A stretch of DNA of 63,810 bases, the filler included, from Octopus bimaculoides (Eukaryota): the NCBI RefSeq assembly GCF_001194135.2. It is 5 parts of 4 records of this genome, joined end to end, with 100 filler letters (N's around TTAATTAATTAA, not from the genome) between each part and the next. Parts side by side here need not be neighbours in the genome. Positions count along the whole stretch, not along the records: positions 8,833 to 27,809 come from NC_069001.1; 4 more parts are not named here. One strand, 5' to 3'. Below are positions 11,399-23,393 of the stretch, piece after piece; within the stretch, counting starts at the first letter, position 1, and every line of letters starts with the position of its first letter. Both the position numbers and the translations under genes were made by a program. The notes beneath the pieces are model-generated. The model made no database searches. It was not told the origin of the DNA and saw only the letters and a program-made list of their open reading frames with translations.

Positions 11399-13406
11399 TC
11401 AGGAGCTTAGAGAAGTTGTATTGGATCGACAGAAACAGAATTTTCTTGCGCTTGAAACACACCGGGCTTGATCGCCATACTTATTTGTTCGACTGATGTC
11501 CCCTAAAAGACTGAAATGTTTTGTTTTGCTATCATACCTCACTGTTCCTTCAAAACGACCCCCACCTGGATTAGTCTGTATCGTCAGTTGGTAATCTTTG
11601 ATAATAGTATTCACTTTATTGCCGTACACAACATGGTGGTTGATCACAGAGTTCTTATTCCTAACGTATCTCAATAAGTTATTTTTGGCTGTCATGGTGA
11701 CAGCGTCTTTGATGCTGACCAATTCTAGTTGATCACATAAGTTACGTAGCTGCGATGTTTTCTTATTTATACATTTGACTAAAAACTGCGCTCCTTTGGT
11801 GACGATACTGTCATTAACTTTTACAGGTTTGGATTCATGGCATGTACACCAATGTGATAAAATTGTCGCCTCCTCACATGTACGACTCAGTGGCACTTTT
11901 CGAAACAAACTAATTCGTTTCCTTTGCGTCGACTCAATTTCTTCATTGTGGTCTCTTTTCATTGCTTTCTCCATATCCAGTATGTCTACCAGAGTTTCGT
12001 AAATATCGAACGGTGTTGTTAAGCGATGCGAGTTCAATTTAAGATTATTCCACATGTGTGGAAAACTCTGTTTGAACCAAGGAGGGGGAATAAGGAACAT
12101 AAATGGAAGTCTTTCTTCCAATTTACCGAGATATGTTGATCTGTACGAACCAAACCTAATGCCATGATCGGAAAAAAATATCACAAAAGTGTTGTTTATG
12201 AGCTGATGCTTGAAAAGTCTGTGGAAAAACCTTTGGTATTCTAGATCGCTATAACCTGCATTGTTCATATTATTGTGAGTGAGGGAGGTTATAAATGATA
12301 AACTAAAATGTGGTGTGTCGTTATAGGTTCTAACAAAATCATAAGTATATTGTAGCACCATGTCTGTTATACTACGATCTCGAACGCATCTCCGCCGCTT
12401 CGACCAGACTGAATTATCCCTTTCGAATGCTAAAGTAATTGGTCGAAGATAATGATCCGTGGGTTGTACCTTAAATCCAAATTTGACGCAATTAAATGTA
12501 GCTAAAATAGGTCCATCTTCCGCAAACATTGTCCTGTAACCATTTCTATGGTATCTTTTCCACAAGAAATCATATTTATCAAAAGGGAGTTTTCTTAAAG
12601 ATTCGCTCCATGGTAAATCTTCAAGATATTTTCCGGTCAGCAATGGTACCAAATTCACCAACGTATTATCACCAACCTTATTATACCCGTTCATTTCAAT
12701 GGCGTCCTTCTGCAACAGATACTGTCGTGTTTCCGGTAGCTGTCTCATGAAATTCAACCGTGATACAGAATCAATACCAAGTAACATGACGTCCATATGA
12801 AATTTCGTCCTTGCTGAATACAGGTTGTTTTTTAATAATTTAAACACAGAATTACTGTTTGTATGGTTCATTTCTGATGTTATTTTCTTCTGAATAAAAG
12901 CATGGTAATTGGTAAAAATTACTCTGTTACGGTTATTGTAACACTTCACTTTGATGTAATCGTGAGGTATTAAGATGTCCGTTTTAAATTCTAAAAACTT
13001 CTTTTTATAAATGATATGTTTGTCGTCAATATTGCTTCGTACAATAGGCAAAACGTGACATATTTTAAATGTGTTGTTATACCATCTTTTGATAACACTG
13101 TGGTTAACACGTAAAACATTTCCGTCTTGAAACGCAAGAGATTTACTTGGACAAGCTTCCCATTTGCTTATGTGGAAAAAGGATTTCAGTGAAGATTCAA
13201 ACGGATCCATATTGGGTATCCGACAAAAATTCGAATCAACAAGAAATGCCGAATGTTTCGATTCGTAGTCACCAGACAAGTCTTTTATGTCTATTTCGAA
13301 CAAGTTAAACTTCATTGTAAACATTAATACAAATACGGCAAACAATATCAGGTAGGTAAACGACCGCTTCGATACGCATTGAATTTTGGTTTCCTCATTT
13401 TGATAT
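11399..13406 (-). CDS. DUF229 family protein (alkaline phosphatase/sulfatase-like fold), single large coding exon, probable type II membrane protein
   Basis: Uninterrupted ORF of more than 648 aa with DUF229 motifs LLGIDSVSRLNF, GYNKVGDNTLVNL, GYRTMFAED, PTDHYLRP, FFSDHGIRFG, EERLP, RLTTPFDIYETL and RTCEEATILSHWCTC. The frame stays open upstream to a 3' splice site (ttgcttcgttttcag| at 13407) and adds ...SKRSFTYLILFAVFVLMF (basic stretch plus TM segment). Stop TGA at 11401-11399. Confidence 0.92.
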
Positions 13407-13489
13407 CTGAAAACGAAGCAACAGATGTTATTACAATCATAAACGATTAAAATGGATGAGAAATAAAATAAACAAGGTCGAAAGCATAA

Positions 13490-13572
13490 ACTACAGCAAT
13501 AAACCTAAGGAATAACAATAACTTTCACACATACAAAACATACAAAATACACACATACAAAACCACCACACA

Positions 13573-13604
<32 letters not shown>

Positions 13605-13795
13605 TTTTTCTCTCTCCGTTTTTTCGTTCCCTCTCCAATTTTTTCCTCTCATCCTTTTCTGTCCAAGAGTGTAGGCTCGAAACGTCAACACTTTTCCATT
13701 CTTCCCGAGCGTCAAACTAATGCACTTGCTCGTTGTTCCCTCTCCTGTCTTCATTTTTCGCTTTCTATAAAATTGTACAATATATATATATATAT
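13490..13795 (+). mobile_element. Penelope-type terminal repeat fragment with a hammerhead-like relic
   Basis: tccaagagtgtaggctcGAAAcgtc at 13662-13686, followed by cccgagcgtcaaactaatgcacttg...(TA)n. The same family occurs reversed at about 3100-3183. Confidence 0.5.
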
Positions 13796-13996
13796 NNNNN
13801 NNNNNNNNNNNNNNNNNNNNNNNNNNNNNNNNNNNNNNNNNNNNNNNNNNNNNNNNNNNNNNNNNNNNNNNNNNNNNNNNNNNNNNNNNNNNNNNNNNNN
13901 NNNNNNNNNNNNNNNNNNNNNNNNNNNNNNNNNNNNNNNNNNNNNNNNNNNNNNNNNNNNNNNNNNNNNNNNNNNNNNNNNNNNNNNNNNNNNNNN

Positions 13997-14041
<45 letters not shown>

Positions 14042-14043
<2 letters not shown>

Positions 14044-14717
14044 TATATTTGCCACCTAAATGTGGCGGACCCATAGGGGACCATGCTACTGTTGATTAAA
14101 GCCCAGGAAGACATCTCCTCCAGCTGTCTAACGACACACTATCTGTGTCCAATTAGTATTTGCGAAGTGAAATCGTTGTTCCCATCTTTAGCCTTACGTG
14201 ATACACACAGACCCGGGTTTCTGGATAGTAACCCGTCATCAGCGTGTCACAATCACCAGCTAACGATGAGAACTCATTCCAAACGTAAAATACTATATGA
14301 TTTTTTCAGTGACAAACTGTCGCTGATCTCGAAACAAAGAGAAACAAGCAATAATAAATCTCTGAGCGAGACGTAAACAGTAGCAGCACAGTTTGTCACT
14401 AGAAAAAGCATATAGTATTTTGAGTTTGGTATGACTTCTCATTGCTAGATGGTGATTGTTACACGTTGATGACGGGTTACTACTCAGAAACCCGGGTCTG
14501 TGTGTATCACGTAAGACTAGAGATGGGAACAATGATCTCCCCTCGCAAATACTAATCGGACACAGACAGTGTGTCGTTAGCCAGCTGGAGGAGATGTCTT
14601 CCTGGGGCTATAAACAACAGTAACATCGTCCCCTATGGTTCCGCCACATTTAGGTTGCAAATATACTTCACGATTCCGTGCTGCTACTATTTACGCCTCG
14701 CTCAGATTTACTATTGC
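14042..14717. mobile_element. TIR element (14348-14717) plus an adjacent inverted partial copy (14042-14322)
   Basis: ~41-bp TIRs GCAATAATAAATCTCTGAGCGAGACGTAAACAGTAGCAGCAC and GTGCTGCTACTATTTACGCCTCGCTCAGATTTACTATTGC. 14042-14322 is the reverse complement of about 14389-14667. Confidence 0.75.
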
Positions 14718-15391
14718 TACATATATGAATGTGTGTATGTGTGTGTGCGTATGTGTGTGCATATATATNNNNNNNNNNNNNNNNNNNNNNNNNNNNNNNN
14801 NNNNNNNNNNNNNNNNNNNNNNNNNNNNNNNNNNNNNNNNNNNNNNNNNNNNNNNNNNNNNNNNNNNNNNNNNNNNNNNNNNNNNNNNNNNNNNNNNNNN
14901 NNNNNNNNNNNNNNNNNNNNNNNNNNNNNNNNNNNNNNNNNNNNNNNNNNNNNNNNNNNNNNNNNNNNNNNNNNNNNNNNNNNNNNNNNNNNNNNNNNNN
15001 NNNNNNNNNNNNNNNNNNNNNNNNNNNNNNNNNNNNNNNNNNNNNNNNNNNNNNNNNNNNNNNNNNNNNNNNNNNNNNNNNNNNNNNNNNNNNNNNNNNN
15101 NNNNNNNNNNNNNNNNNNNNNNNNNNNNNNNNNNNNNNNNNNNNNNNNNNNNNNNNNNNNNNNNNNNNNNNNNNNNNNNNNNNNNNNNNNNNNNNNNNNN
15201 NNNNNNNNNNNNNNNNNNNNNNNNNNNNNNNNNNNNNNNNNNNNNNNNNNNNNNNNNNNNNNNNNNNNNNNNNNNNNNNNNNNNNNNNNNNNNNNNNNNN
15301 NNNNNNNNNNNNNNNNNNNNNNNNNNNNNNNNNNNNNNNNNNNNNNNNNNNNNNNNNNNNNNNNNNNNNNNNNNNNNNNNNNNNNNNNNNC

Positions 15392-15582
15392 TTATTTCAC
15401 ACACTCACCGGTAAAGTTTCCATTCATTTATTTATTTTTCCTAAAATTTTCGTTGCGTCTTGCAACCTTTGCAATAGTTGAGAGTCAGCAACTATTGAAA
15501 AGCTTGCAAGACGCAACGAAAATTTTAGGAAAAATAAATAAGTAAATGAGTAGAAGCTTCACCGGTGAGTGTGTGAAATAAT
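15392..15582. repeat. Long near-perfect palindrome (foldback/MITE-like)
   Basis: Arms of ~90 bp (15392-15480 and 15489-15582) around the 8-nt loop AGAGTCAG; the left end runs into a gap. Confidence 0.8.
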
Positions 15583-16086
15583 AAGGCACTAAAAGCGAAT
15601 GACTCTCCCCAGACGCAACAAAATATGCTTCAACACACGAACTCGCATAAAGAATCCTGCAAACCAAAGCCAAAAACGAAATATATATCTGTTATTGTTT
15701 ACTTTCTTTCAGTCATTGCACTACGGCTATGGAGAGACACCGCTTTGAAAGGTTTAGCCTTGCAAATCGACTCCTGTACTTATTTTTGTTTTATTTCGTA
15801 CTTATTCTATCGATTGCTTTTGCTAACCGCCTTATGACGCGGACGTAAACAAACCATTACTAGTTGTCGAGCAGTGGCGCGAACAAACACAGACACATAC
15901 ACACACAGGAACGTGGTATTTCATTATGTAGCTATAATATACTATAGAATATTAAATGTTTTTTTATAAATCAACACCACGTTCTACTGTGTTAGCAGTG
16001 CTTTTTGCATCATTTTGTAAAGGTTATTTCAACAGATATTCTACAGAGTGACACTGGTGACCTGGAGTCGGCTCTGATATATATAC

Positions 16087-16186
<100 letters not shown>

Positions 16187-16369
16187 TCTTTACTTACTTG
16201 TTTCAGTCTTTTGACTGCGGCCATGCTGAAGCACCGCCTTTAGTCGAGCAAATCGACCCCAGGACTTATTCTTTGTAAGTCTAGTACTTATTCTATCGGT
16301 TTCTTATTCTACTTATTCTAACCGTGCGACTTTGTTCGACTATTTCGTTCTATGTTTTACAGGCCGTCC

Positions 16370-16605
16370 TGATATGATTTCAATCGATTCATATAGCCAA
16401 CAACGAGCTTTTGTTTCGCTTTTTTGTAGCAGTTAAATAGATCGGTATTCAGTTTATAGCTCCAAGAGAAATGAGTTTTGTAATTAAGGTTTTTTTTCCC
16501 ATAACTACAGCTAGAAAGAATCTGTTTAATTATTGAGCTGTTGTTTTCGTTCTGTTTCTCGGTTGTTGCTGTTTGTAGTAACCTTCTACAAGCTACATTC
16601 AAGTT
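16370..16605 (-). mobile_element. Possible N-terminal fragment of an R4-type non-LTR ORF
   Basis: WSYKLNTDLFNCYKKAKQKLVVGYMNRLKSYQD resembles the W..E.N..L..CY......GY..R...W motif of these ORFs; short match only. Confidence 0.4.
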
Positions 16606-18187
16606 TCAGCTGAAAATCACTACGATCGTGAATAAAAGGCTCCCTCCGTTAATTCATGAAGATTAACCAGTTATTTAACCAGATGTATGTATGTGTGTGT
16701 ATGTATGTATATATGCATAGACTCACACACATCTCTCTCTATATGTGTGTGTTTGTGTGTGTATAGTGAAACTGTACAACTCTCTCGGTAAAAAGTGGTA
16801 GTAGCCGCCATTATAAAAAGACCAAAAGCCGGTCGACAAGAATAAGGTCAGAAGGTCCAGAGTACGTGTAGGCTGTGCTGATGGACGTGTCTATGCTGAT
16901 ACAGTAATTATACTGCGATACTGAGTGGACGTTATAACAACCTGTTGAGGATAATAACACTGTACGACTGGGTGTTACTGTACGAGTGGGTGCCACACAG
17001 AAATATTCTATATATAAACATGAAAGGCATAAGGACATAAGGATGCAGGAAATGTGTCAAGGCTGACAGGAAGCGGTGCAGCTTCCTAGGGCTAAATAGC
17101 AGTAGTATGATTCCCTTATTGGGACTGTCACGTTAAGTTGACAGCATACAACTACTTTATCGTATCACTACTGCTTAAGTCTCTCTGAGAGATTTAGAAA
17201 TGTATCATTTCTAATTGTATATATACAATTTTTGGGCTAATTTTGCAAGAAAATCGGCATTATTTCTATTTGCTGCCGATAAAAAACTGCGCTTGCGCGG
17301 TGGATTTTAAAAATTATAACATGCAAGCACGAGACATGTTCTGTATTGCCTCGTACTTATAATATGTAGGTGCCTTGTGTCAAAAAATATCATTCATAGA
17401 AAGACGTTCTCTCGACATGATTCACACGCGCCTGACTCGGGCTCAGAAGTTACTGCCCGAGTCGTTACCTATTATCGTAAAAATTAAAAGTAATTCAAAT
17501 TCAATGATTTCTTGAAACAATAAATTTCTATAGAGATTATGATTTAAATTCCAATCTATGAAAAGTTTCCGTTCTACGATAGTCTTCAGGTAAGGAAAAA
17601 TTATCCAGCAACTCGGGCTACTACGAACGAGCCTGATGGGTATAAAAAAAACTAATTGGCATCTCTTGACAAGAGCACAGTCGACGGTCAGATCGCTGAT
17701 GTTTTTTGTGCATTCGCTATTGATTCTGTGCGTTTGTGCGTAAAGATCAGTTGTATTTTGCAGAGATGCTTTATTTTTACCCTCAACTTAGNNNNNNNNN
17801 NNNNNNNNNNNNNNNNNNNNNNNNNNNNNNNNNNNNNNNNNNNNNNNNNNNNNNNNNNNNNNNNNNNNNNNNNNNNNNNNNNNNNNNNNNNNNNNNNNNN
17901 NNNNNNNNNNNNNNNNNNNNNNNNNNNNNNNNNNNNNNNNNNNNNNNNNNNNNNNNNNNNNNNNNNNNNNNNNNNNNNNNNNNNNNNNNNNNNNNNNNNN
18001 NNNNNNNNNNNNNNNNNNNNNNNNNNNNNNNNNNNNNNNNNNNNNNNNNNNNNNNNNNNNNNNNNNNNNNNNNNNNNNNNNNNNNNNNNNNNNNNNNNNN
18101 NNNNNNNNNNNTGTGTGTGTGTGTGTGTGTGTGTGTGTATGCACACATACATACATACATATGTATATATATATATGTATGTATGTA

Positions 18188-18916
18188 TTAAGGGAAATCA
18201 ACCCCGAAATACTAAACCAGACTTAAAAATACTCCCATACATCTCCACACATAACCCTAGAAGCAACGAAGCCTTTAACGTTATCATCCAAAATCTACCC
18301 ATCCTCACAAAAGATAAAACAATGAACAAAATTTTAGGCTCACACAAAATTATCAAAAGTAAAATGCAACCTAAATCACTGAAAAAGATATTAACCAGCG
18401 CAAGACTGTATCCATTAACAACAGAACGAAAAGTGAAAAAATGTGGTCGACCTAACTGTGGTACTTGCGCCCACCTTTTGGAGGGTTCAGAGTTCCACTT
18501 TAAACAAGGTGAAATATTTAAGATTAAATCAAATTTCACCTGTGCTTCGGAAAATCTAATCTATACCATTACATGCTTAGGGTGTGGTAATAATTATATT
18601 GGCCAAACAGGAATATCACTCCGTAGAAGAACAACTCTCCACAAAGAACAAATCCACCACCCACAATATAGACAAATACAGGTCAGTGGACACATAGAAA
18701 GGTGTGCGAGGAATCTTAATCCTAATTTCCTAATTTTTGCCTTCTATCAATGTTCACAGAACACCTTAATACAACAAAGAATGAATAAAGAGGCAACTTT
18801 CATCAATAAATATCTTCCACAACTAAATATGAACACATAACATAATATAGAACACTACTAAACACCCATTTAATACCACTAACTCCCATACATCCCATAC
18901 ACCATTCACATTACAG
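18188..18916 (+). mobile_element. Penelope-like element 3' part (Neptune-type GIY-YIG endonuclease)
   Basis: Stop-free frame of ~216 aa to 18840: LPYISTHNP..., KCGRPNCGTCAHL (Zn-finger-like), FTCASENLIYTITCLGCGNNYIGQTGISLRRRTTLH, EATFINKYLPQLN. Confidence 0.88.
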
Positions 18917-19106
18917 NNNNNNNNNNNNNNNNNNNNNNNNNNNNNNNNNNNNNNNNNNNNNNNNNNNNNNNNNNNNNNNNNNNNNNNNNNNNNNNNNNNN
19001 NNNNNNNNNNNNNNNNATATATATATATATATACACACACACATACATATATGCCCACACACGCACACATACGTATGCGTGTATATATGTGTGGGTGTGG
19101 GCGCGC

Positions 19107-19150
<44 letters not shown>

Positions 19151-20542
19151 ACGCGTTCCTATAGAATAGAGTCGTCAATTATTTAGGGCGAATAAAATTA
19201 ACCCGATGCAGAATTTCTTCTAAAGACTGTTTTAAGCCCGTTAAAACTTAAGATTCTCCCAAAAAATTCCCTGTTCACTTTCTGTAATTTTTGAGGTTTG
19301 ATTTTCGTTAGAGAAATTTTTTTTCAAATACCTGTTTTAAATATGTGAGGTCAGGATTTTTCAAAAGTGTACCTAACTTTTTAAAATGTAAATCCGAAAA
19401 GAAATATTTTCAATATTTTCGAATAATGTCAAAACAGGAAAATTATGGAAAGGGAAGAAAAGAAGACGAAAAAACTCACTCATAACTCCTACCCACTTTA
19501 TTATTTATTTAAACAATAATTCTCAATTATATATAACATAAAGTAGAGGAAAAAAACTAAATTAGAAAATTGGACGAAACGGAGAACATAATTGAATAAA
19601 TTACAAAACAATAAACACACAAAAAAAAAAGAAAATTTTGGGGCGCTGAGAAACCTCTCTAATGACTACTGAGGCACACCAGCTCGTTTGCAGCGTTGCC
19701 GCGGCTGAGGGTGGGGCTGATGCACGGGTGCAACAAAACACCCTCATAAGCTTCACTAGTTTACCTCTGCTATGCGAGCTGCCAGTGAAGACAAGAATCT
19801 CGCAGTCAGTGATCCGATCGTATAAACCACTTCGAATATTATTTTAGCAAGTGTAAAGTAATTTCTTTTGTGTCGTAAACCATTTACCACTCCTGTAGTG
19901 CCCCGCTTCCTCCCCTTGACGCCCCAAGCACGTGCTTATTTTGTTTAACGATTCATCCGACACTGGTTGCACACCGTGCACCTGCGCATGCGATGTCGAT
20001 TTGATAGAAGGATTGAGGTAATGTAGAGCGCCACCATTTGGTCACAATGAACAAACGATCTGTGCAGGCTGTTCAGCATGAAGTGGCTGAACCCTCATCT
20101 GTCGCAATCACACACACACACACACACACAGGCTGACTGACTGGCTGGCTGGGCTGATGCGGTGTATTCTCCTACCGCAAACAGATATAGGTTCCGTAAC
20201 TTTTTGCTGAATAACGCTGCTGAAATGGGGTACGTCTAATACAGCAATGCGCCTTTTATGCCATCAAGTATCTTTTGCCTTCTATTTGTTTCAGTAATTA
20301 AACTGCAGCCATGATGGAGCACCGCCTTCACGAGTTTTAGTTGAACTAATCAACCCCCCCAGTACTTATTTTCGTTTGAAGCCTGATACTTATTCTATTG
20401 TCTCTTTTGCCGAACCACTAAGTTACAGGAACGTAAACACACCAACACTGGTCGTCACGCAGTGGTGGGGGACAAACACAATCACAAAGAAATGCGTGCG
20501 CGCGCACACGAGCGCACACACACACACACACACATATATATA

Positions 20543-20750
20543 CTTTATTTAAAAGCAGCAGAAATATAACAAAAAAAACCGTTACTCTGAGTTTCACGTT
20601 CCCGTTCATCGATGAACGGGAACGTGAAACTCAGAGTAACAGTGTTTTGTTATATTTCTGCTGCTTTTAAATAAAGCATATTACTCTACCTCTGGTATTT
20701 GAGTACTCTTTTTTCCACCTTGTTGCACATTGCATGTGCTTACTCCGGTA
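20543..20750. mobile_element. Penelope-type terminal repeat forming a 67-bp-arm palindrome centred in a hammerhead core
   Basis: Arms 20543-20610 and 20611-20676 with no spacer. The right arm reads GATGA-ACG-GGAA-CGT-GAAA-CTC-A-GAG-TA-ACAGT. A partial copy of the same repeat lies at 44530-44594. Confidence 0.7.
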
Positions 20751-21955
20751 TATATATATATATATATGACAGTCTTCTTTCAGTTTCCGTCTACTACATC
20801 CACTCACAGGGCTTTCCGTCTACCAAATAATCCATTTGCCCAAGGTTTCACGTAGCGGGCTTGAACCTGGAACCATGTGGTTGGGAAGCAAACTTCTTAC
20901 GATACAGCCACGCCTGCGCCTAGGCTGATGATAAGTTCGAAATAAATCGCAAAAAGAATAAGAAATAAATAATTCACTTGTACATACGTAAAATACAACT
21001 GTTTAAAATAATAAATATATGGAACTGCAAAGGATTAATTGTTGGTTCATTCATGTTTTAGAACGCAGTTTCTTACTTCACTCTTTCTACCAAATTTCCA
21101 TGACCAACCCAACAAAACCGTTTTATTTGTCTGGTGGAAGGAATAATGTCGATGGACTTTGCATATCCTGCGAGATTGTTGAAGCTGATGCTCCATTTAA
21201 AGTGTTGCAGGGCAGTGCCTGCAAGAAAAACGTGAGCAAGGAGAATATTCCTTTTCTATTCTAGGCACAAGGCCCGAAATTTTGAGGGTGAGGTCCAGTC
21301 GATTAGATCAACCACAGTACGCAACTGGTACTTAATTTATCGACCCCGAAAGGATGAAAGGCACAGACTGATGAAATTCCGCTACGCATTTCACCCGGCG
21401 TGCTAACGTTTCTTATTTCTTTATTGCCCACAAGGGGCTAAACATAGAGGGGACAAACAAGGACAGACAAAGGGATTAAGTCGATTACATCGACCCATTG
21501 CGTAACTGGTACTTAATTTATCGACCTCGAAAGAATAAAAGGCAAAGTCGACTCAGGCGGAATTTGAACTCAGAACGTAAAGACAAACGAAATACCCGCT
21601 AAGTATTTCGCTCGGCGTGCTAACGTTTCTGCCATCTCACCAACCTAGCTGGGAGAATATTCCAGATGAATAATGAGAAACATTGGGGAAAATGGCAGGT
21701 GAGATGAAAAGTGGTGGGTGGACGCAATAAGGATGCTGAGAAGTGGAGAGACGCGTGGGTTGGGACGCTTGAGTCATGGAGATTCGAGGTAGACTAGCTA
21801 CGAGGAGTAGAAGCCATTATACAGGTCGCGTTAAAAAAAAAAAACCTCTTATGTTTTATAAGGCCATTGATATGCACTTGTAAAGCTAGGGAAGAAATAA
21901 TGCTGTTATCATGTAGCTAATGTTTCACCGTATTTTAAATTATAATTATAATTAT

Positions 21956-22327
21956 TGCTTACCAACCACATGGTTCCGGGTTCAGTCCCACTGCGTGGCA
22001 CCTTGGGCAAATGTCTTCTACTATAGCCTCGGGCCGACCAAAGCCTTGTGAGTGGATTTGGTAGACGGGAACTGAAAGAAGCCCGTCGTATATATCTATA
22101 TATATATATGTGTGTATGTGTTTGTGTGTCTGTGTTTGTCCCCCCAACATCGCCTGACAACCGATGCTGGTGTGTTTATGTCCCCGTAACTTAGCGGTTC
22201 GGCAAAAGAGAACCGATACAATAAGTACTAGGCTTCCAAAGAATAAGTCCTGGGGTCGATTTGCTCGACTAAAGGCGGTGCTCCAGCATGGCCGCAGTTA
22301 AATGACTGAAATAAGTAAAAGAGTAAG
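21956..22327 (+). mobile_element. SINE family A copy
   Basis: Highly similar to 48420-48900. Other partial copies: 2225-2476(+), 15700-15905(-), 16190-16310(-), 20283-20540(-), 20768-20918(-), 22945-23098(+), 41585-41715(+), 62991-63075(+). Confidence 0.85.
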
Positions 22328-23354
22328 GCACATAATGTACTTTACTGTTGAGAAGTTTATCAAGAAGCTGCAAATGTGTACGTCGTAAGTACGTCGGGCA
22401 AAATGCTTAGCGGTATTTCGTCCGCCCTTATGTTCTGCCTTTCAGCCTTTTGCTGTCGATAAAATAAGGACCAAATCGGCACTGGGGTCGATATAATCGA
22501 CTTATTCCTTTCCCTGTAATTACTGGCCATGAGGCAAAATTTGAAACAATTATAAATGGTCACACACACGCACGCACGCATGCCATCACGCGATCAGGAA
22601 CTCTTACAATTTTTGCCAGGTAAGCATATCGAGAACCCTCTCGACAACCAGTGCATTCTTTCTGCAACGGGTTTTCTTCAAAGTGACACTCACTATTGAC
22701 TGTATATAAAATCTTTCTCAGCCATTTTTTTTTTTTTGTTTGTTGTCCGTTTACCTTATGTAAACTATTCTCTGTCAGTCTGTTCTTAATAAATCGGTTT
22801 CATAACTTGTTGAATATGAGTGGGTGTTAACTTTAAAAAAAATGTTACAAAGATATATAAAAAAAACTTGACACGGATCAGATATAATATGAATCAGCAC
22901 AATCGATTAAACGGTGGTTTGTTGAGTTTGCAAGTCATAGGAGTGACAGTGTGTTTAAGAAACTCGCTTTGTAACCACCTGATTTCGGGTTCAGTCCCGC
23001 TCTGGAGCACCTTGACCAAGTGTCTTCTATAACCCCGGGCCGACCAATGCTTTGTGAGTAAATTTGGTATACGGAAACTGTGTAGAAGCCTGTCGTGTAC
23101 ATGCATTATTTCTTTACTACCCACAAGGGGCTACACAGAGAGGGGACAAACAAGGACAGACAAACGGATTAAATCGATTATATCGACCCCAGTGTGTAAC
23201 TAGTACTTATTTAATCGACTCCGAAAGGATGAAAGGCAAAATCAACCTCGGCAGAATTTGAACTCAGAATGTAGCGGCAGACGAAATACTGCTAAGCATT
23301 TCGCCGGGCATGCTAACGTTTCTGCCAGCTCGCCGCCTTTCCTCGCCTGTCGTG

Positions 23355-23393
<39 letters not shown>

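Noticed and set aside
21956-22020. tRNA-like A/B boxes in SINE heads
   Set aside because: No cloverleaf or acceptor stem, and they continue into SINE bodies; not tRNA genes.
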